Positions 58,453 through 64,000 of a stretch of DNA of 64,000 nucleotides are shown here, piece after piece. Within the stretch, counting starts at the first letter, position 1. Every line of letters begins with the position of its first letter. The translations under genes were made by a program, and so were the position numbers. This stretch comes from Amphiscolops sp. MND2022. Lineage: Eukaryota. The stretch lies in the NCBI GenBank assembly GCA_964187785.1, contig OZ076409.1, positions 46,192,001 through 46,256,000 of the forward strand, given 5' to 3'. The notes beneath the pieces were generated by a model. It was not told the DNA's origin. It ran no database searches and was given only the letters and a program-made list of their open reading frames with translations.

Positions 58453-61400
58453 AGACGACGACGACGACGACGACAAAAATGACGAAGAAGAACAGCAAAA
58501 GGGAACAAAACAACTAAAAAAGAGCTTCAAAACGTTCTCAAAGCGCGTCAATGTGAAGCTTCCAAAAGTGGAACTGCCTAAATTCGACGGATCAGTCACG
58601 GAGTGGATGAGTTTCCGAGACTTTTTCGGAAATGCAGTTCACCGAAACTCATCATTGTCAAAAATTGACAAGTTTACCTACTTGAAGGCAAGCTTGACAG
58701 GGAAAGCAGCAGAAACTATTGCTGGTTTGCCACTCACAAGTGCAAACTACGACAGTGCGTGGGGGCTTTTGGAAAAACAATTCGGGGACAAGCAGAGGTT
58801 AATAGCAAATTTTATGAATAAGCTCGTCAAGATTTCCAGTGTAGCAGAGAGCAGAGATGTGGCGAGGTTAAGGGGTTTTTTAGGACAGGTTGAGGTTATC
58901 ATTCGAGGTTTGCAGTCATTGTCAGTTGACGAAAGTACATTTGGTTCTCTTCTCATTCCAATCCTGTTGGAGAAGTTACCTGAGGATATCAAACTGCAAG
59001 TAACGCGTTTGATTTCATCAGAGATTTGGGATTTGAGGGAACTCTTACAGCTTCTCAGCAAAGAGATTGAAGCAAGGGAGAAGTGTGCTTTCTCAACAAA
59101 CAGGGATAAGGTATCGGGACAGTCAGGAAAACCATTTGCAGGTGATTACACTACTTCATCTTTCGTAAGTAAGACACAGGAAAAAGGGTGTGTTTTCTGT
59201 TCAGGTCAACACAGTAGTCATAGATGCTTAGTAGTACAGTCACCACAGGTAAGAAAGAAGAAACTGATGCAGAACGGACGGTGTTTCAGGTGTTTGTCTT
59301 CTGAGCATCTATCGCGGGTTTGTAAGGTAGAACGAGGTTGTTTTAAGTGCGGGCAGAAGCATCATCAGGCTATTTGTTTCAAGAACGTGTCAAAAGCAAG
59401 AGCAGAGGGGAACAATTCAGGCATAGGTCGAAATTGGGAAAACAGTTCTCGTCCGGCGGGGGCCGAGGACAAATTTCGAACAGACAAGGTTTCGAAGGGC
59501 AGCGATCGTGAGCAGACATCTTCTCTTTGTTCCAGCTCTGGTACTTTGGTGCTACTCGAAACGGCAGTTACCGGAGTTTCTAATGGCAAGGATGAAGCAT
59601 GTCGAGGGAGAATACTTCTTGACAAGTGTTCGCAACAATCTTACATTACGGAAGAGTTTGCAGGTCGGTGTAGGTTGAAGGTCGTAGGTCGCAAGGTTTT
59701 TGCGGTGAACGCATTTGGTTCTAATGCGGTTCAACAGGTTGAGCAGAACGTATACGAGGCTTCAATTCAGACTTTATCTGGAAAAATGGTTGTTCATCTG
59801 GTGGGGATGAACACTATCTGTTCTCCGTTGCTGAGTCCATGCAACGTTCATGCTGTCAAGGGGCAGCATCGTTACTTGAGCAACCTTCAATTAGCGGATG
59901 ATTTCAAAGATGACGTCAATGTTCTGATTGGTTCAGATCTCTATTACAAGTTCGTGACATCGCGAGTCATTGTCGGTTGCTATGGTAATAAACTTAGTGC
60001 GGTCAGCAGTAAGTTTGGTTGGGTTTTGTCGGGGCCTTTGCAATGCGGGGATGAGCAGTCGGAAAGTTCGGTGGGAACTTTCTTGAGTTCTGTACAGGGT
60101 GCAGATACTCTATCGGAATCTTTCTGGAACTTGGAAAGCTTGGGAATTAAGACAGAAGAAGACTCTATGCTCGAGGATTTCCAAAAAACAGTTACTTTCA
60201 ACGGGGAAAGGTACGTAACTAAGCTTCCGTGGAACGGGAATGAAGAGTTTTTACAAGATCACAAAAAGCTAGCAACAAGCAGGTTAGAGTCAACTACGAG
60301 AAGCATCATTGCTAAGGGTCGGTTGAAGGAATATGATGATGTTTTGAGGGAACAAGTGGGGGCTGATATCCTGGAGGTGGTGCCAGAACAGGACATTAAA
60401 AGGACGAGCAAAAGGTGTCATTACACACCTCATCATGCAGTCATTAGAGAGGACAAGGCAACCACGAAGCTCAGGGTGGTGCTGGATGGTGCAGCGAGGT
60501 CATCAAAGTTTGAGTTTTCAATTAATGACTGTCTTTCTAAGGGTCCAAACTTATTGGTTTCTTTGTTTGCTATCTTACTAAGGTTTAGGTTGTTTCAGGT
60601 CACAGTTCTTGCCGATATTGAAAAGGCGTTTCTTCAGGTTTGTGTGCATCAAGACGACATTGATGCGTTGAGGATTCTTTGGTATAAAAATCCTTTCGAT
60701 TGCAACAGGAAGGTGGCAGTATTTAGGTATTTAAGGGTTGTTTTTGGCTTTGTTTGTAGTCCATTTCTTCTAAACGCAACAATCAGGTATCATCTACAAA
60801 GGTGTCTAGAGAAGGCACAGAGTGAAAAGGATAAAGTCATGCTGAAGTCATTGATCGACAGCTTTTATGTTGACGATTTGACTCTCAGTATTCCTACAGT
60901 GGAAGAAGCGGAGGGGCTGATTTCACTCTCAGAAAAGGTGATAGGTGAGGCTGGCATGAGACTGAGGAAATGGGTGACAAATAGGTTGGAAGTTTCTAAG
61001 TTCTTGGAAACAAAGAAGCTGGTGGAAAGCATTTCCGAAGGACAGGTAGGCATGAAGGTGTTGGGGCTTTCATATCAAGTCAAAGAGGATGAAATACATT
61101 TCGATTTTTCCACATTCTTGAAGTGTTTAGCAGAAAAAGACAAGCTGACGAAACGAATAGCGCTGGGAGTAGTTTCTAGCGTCTACGATCCTTTGGGGTT
61201 AGTTTCACCAGTGGTGGTGGAGCTCAAGTTAGCAATTCAGGATCTTTGGAAACGGTCTTTGGGTTGGGACGACGTTTTGTCAGAAGAAAGTGGTAAGACA
61301 TTTCAGGAGGTCTTCAGGGAGTGGAGAAACGAAAAGTTGGTAATTCCAAGGCAGTATGTTGAGGTACAGGGTAGGTACGGAATTGAGCTTCATAGTTTTG

Positions 61401-63797
61401 CAGATGCGTCTCAGCGGGTTTGTGCGGTAGCTTGTTATGGTCGTGCGATTGTCGCAGGAGAAATCAAAACCTTTTTGATTGCGTCGAAAACTAAGTTGAG
61501 TAGCTTGAAATCGGGAACCATTCCAAGGTTGGAGTTGGTTGCTGCACTTTTGGCTGCTAGACTGAGTAAAAACGTGGAGGTCGCTTTAGGTGAGGTGGTT
61601 CGAAGGAGTCACTTCTGGTCGGATTCAGCCATTGTTTTGTCATGGATTCGATCACACACAGCAAACAACGGGCAGTTCATTCAACGTAGGTTGCTTGAGA
61701 TCAGAGAGTTAACTGATGTAAACTCATGGTACTACGTACCTTCAGAAGAAAATCCGGCGGACATTCCGTCTAGAGGTTTGAGAGTAGGTGATCTTAGGGA
61801 ATGTCGGCTCTGGTGGCAAGGGCCAGATTTCTTGAAACACGAGGAAGGGAAGTGGTTATCGAATGAGGTAGGAAAGGAAGAAGTTTGTACAACAGTTGCA
61901 GTTGTTGAGTGTTCACCGGAGGTTAGGTTACTAAGTGTAGTAGACTGCAGGCAGTACAGCAAATACTCCAGGTTGGTTAAGGTAGTAGGACTTCTTCTGA
62001 GCCTATTGGAGCGTTTGCGGAAGATGCGGTTTAGAAGGAAAGAAAGGCAGGCGGAGAACCTGATTCTTTCGGCAGTACAGAAGGCAAGTTTGCAGGAGGA
62101 GTTGCGATTTCTCGCGAAGCAGGAGGGCATTCAGCCTTCGAGAGTCAAAGAGCTTCGGCTTTTTCTATCAACGGACGGGTTGATAAGGTGTCAGACAAGG
62201 TTGGCGGAGGCTCAGTTTTTGTCGTTCGATGCCAAAAATCCTATTCTTTTACCTGCAGGGGAGTACATAACAGACTTAATTATCATGCATTTTCATGAGA
62301 GGGTCAATCATGGGTCGGAGCGGTGTACAGTCAGCATACTCAGGGAGAAGTTTTGGGTAGTCAAGGCAAGACAGCAGGTTCGACGGGTGATCAGGCAATG
62401 TACGTTTTGCAAGCGTTACAATAGAAGAAGATACAGGGTTCCAGCAGAGGCAAATTTGCCTGTGGAGAGGTTGTCTCAAGCGGCAGCTTTCACTCACATC
62501 GGGGTAGACTGGAAGCTGGAAGCAATAAGGCGTACATCTGTCTCTTCACCTGTGCGTCGTCAAGAGCAGTTCATTTGGAGGTCACACAAAGTCTCACGGT
62601 GGTAGCTTTTTTGCGGGCTTTCAAAAGATTCGTGGCAAGAAGGGGCGCTCCAGTGACAATTTATTCCGACAACGGAAGGACTTTCAAAGGAGCGAGCGAA
62701 GATGTCAAGGCTTTTGTGTCTTTCCTTTGCCAGAATTTTTCCCATCCTGGAGTTGACTGGAAGTTCAACGTGGAATTAGCACCCTGGTGGGGAGGTTTCT
62801 GGGAACGACTAGTGAGATCGGTCGAGGAACCACTCAGAAAGGCGTTAGGTCGTAATGTTATTGGGTACGATGAACTGGTCACAGTAGTCACCGAAGTTGA
62901 AGCAGTAGTCAACAGTTGACCACTAGGATACCTCTATATGGACGACCCATCAGAGTGTCTTCCTTTAACGCCTTCCCATCTCGTCAACGGCAGAAGTCTT
63001 TTGGGTTCAGCTGTCGAATTCCCTGAGAGCAGTCTGCAATCAATTCAACGACGACAACAATTTCTGAAAACACTGGTCGATCAATTTTGGGCAGTGTGGT
63101 CAAAAGAGTATTTGATAGAGCTGCGACAGTTTTTCAATTCTCCATCAAACAATTTGTCCAACCCGCTTCCAAAAGAAAATGACATAGTATTGTTGCATGA
63201 AAAACGCCCTCGTCATTGTTGGCGCATTGGAAAATTGTCAAAATTAATTATCGGACGAGATGGTCAAGCCAGAGCTGCTGAAGTGATTTCATCCGGGAAA
63301 ACTTTCCGGAGGCCACTGCAATTGATTTCACCTCTTGAAATAATTCAAGAATAACAATTGTTGCTTTGAAAATTAAAACTAACTTGAAACAAGGTGAAAT
63401 CAATTGGTACGGTAAATTTGCTTTATCTTGCATTCATAACAACAAGTGGAATCTTCAACAACCTGCCGCGCCTTTCGTCAATGTGGCTTTGCACCCATCC
63501 CTTCTTTAATGCTGGCAGGAGGATGTTGAATTTCATTCACTATTTCAAACTCGGACTGAAAACATTTAGTACTTCAAGCTCAGACTGAAAACTTTTCGTA
63601 CTTCAAGCTCGGACTGAAAACATTTGGATTGACTTTAGTATCTTTAGTATTCATTCGTTCCTGATTCATTATGTGATGTTACATTCATTCTTCTTACATT
63701 GAAAAGCTCTTACGAATAGAAGACATTAGGAATAAGATAGAGAACGATTATTCCCGAAAGCTAAAATTGCCCTAAAAGAAACCTTTTTTCTGAAACA
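56776..63797 (+). mobile_element. Full-length BEL/Pao LTR retrotransposon
   Basis: 274-bp LTRs at 56776-57049 and 63524-63797 (TGTT...AACA). PBS-like tggcgc at 57050, purine tract ggcaggagga at 63514-63523, and GAGC flanking both ends. Confidence 0.96.
57188..63354 (+). pseudogene. BEL/Pao gag-pol polyprotein, disrupted in integrase
   Basis: Domain order: KLPKVELPKFDG gag, triple Cys/His knuckles, protease ILLDKCSQQSYI, RT (ADIEKAFLQ, FYVDD), RNase H (FADAS, TIPRLEL), integrase (SDNG, APWWGGFWERLV). There is a frameshift at about 62510 and a TGA at 62917-62919. Confidence 0.93.
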
Positions 63798-63825
63798 GAG
63801 CTAAAGTACTTCCCACTACTGCTAC

Positions 63826-63905
63826 TGGCCTAGTGGTTAACGCCAAGCCTCGTTGTTAGCGTGCGTGGCTGGGGAGCCGGAGCCAGTGGGTTCCAATCAC
63901 TCACT
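63826..63905 (+). repeat. tRNA-like A/B-box fragment in a repeat (not a tRNA gene)
   Basis: tggcctagtggtt ... ggttccaatc, with no convincing cloverleaf. Confidence 0.45.
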
Positions 63906-64000
63906 GGTACATTTTTTAAGCTTGTGCAGTACTTTCTTTACTAGGTCGAAGAGTATCCATCTATCGGTCTTTGGTAGTGTAACTTTTTACCAAGAAAGAT

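Noticed and set aside
57975..58599. Antisense low-complexity ORFs (poly-S, poly-F, poly-L)
   Set aside because: They are shadows of the GAA/GAC microsatellite in gag.
59608..59645. BEL protease motif DKCS instead of D(S/T)GS
   Set aside because: The catalytic Asp is retained and this motif varies among BEL/Pao elements, so it is not evidence of novelty on its own.

Overview
Eukaryotic (animal, AT-rich, repeat-dense invertebrate-type) genomic DNA. There are four recognisable + strand protein genes: an intronless SETD4-like SET-domain methyltransferase (7775-8959); intronless TTC21B/IFT139 starting only about 105 bp later (9065-13108); intronless mitochondrial EF-Ts (15906-16919); and a 5-exon HECTD2 E3 ligase (46893-56102) whose first intron appears to need a non-canonical GG donor. 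Most of the rest is nested mobile DNA: an internally deleted hAT, two LINE remnants (one split by a GG-terminated 8-bp-TSD MITE), a piggyBac MITE, two families of Helentron/DINE-1-like non-autonomous elements, a roughly 14-kb tandem triplication of a decayed CR1-group LINE segment, a 1.4-kb solo LTR that carries its own ORF, a tRNA/CORE-type SINE, and a full-length but disabled BEL/Pao LTR retrotransposon (56776-63797). All family assignments come from motif recognition by eye; no searches were run. The best leads are the possible SETD4-TTC21B operon with trans-splice-like acceptors, the putative GG-AG intron, the coding LTRs, and the hairpin-conserving Helentron-like family that carries tRNA-like pieces.
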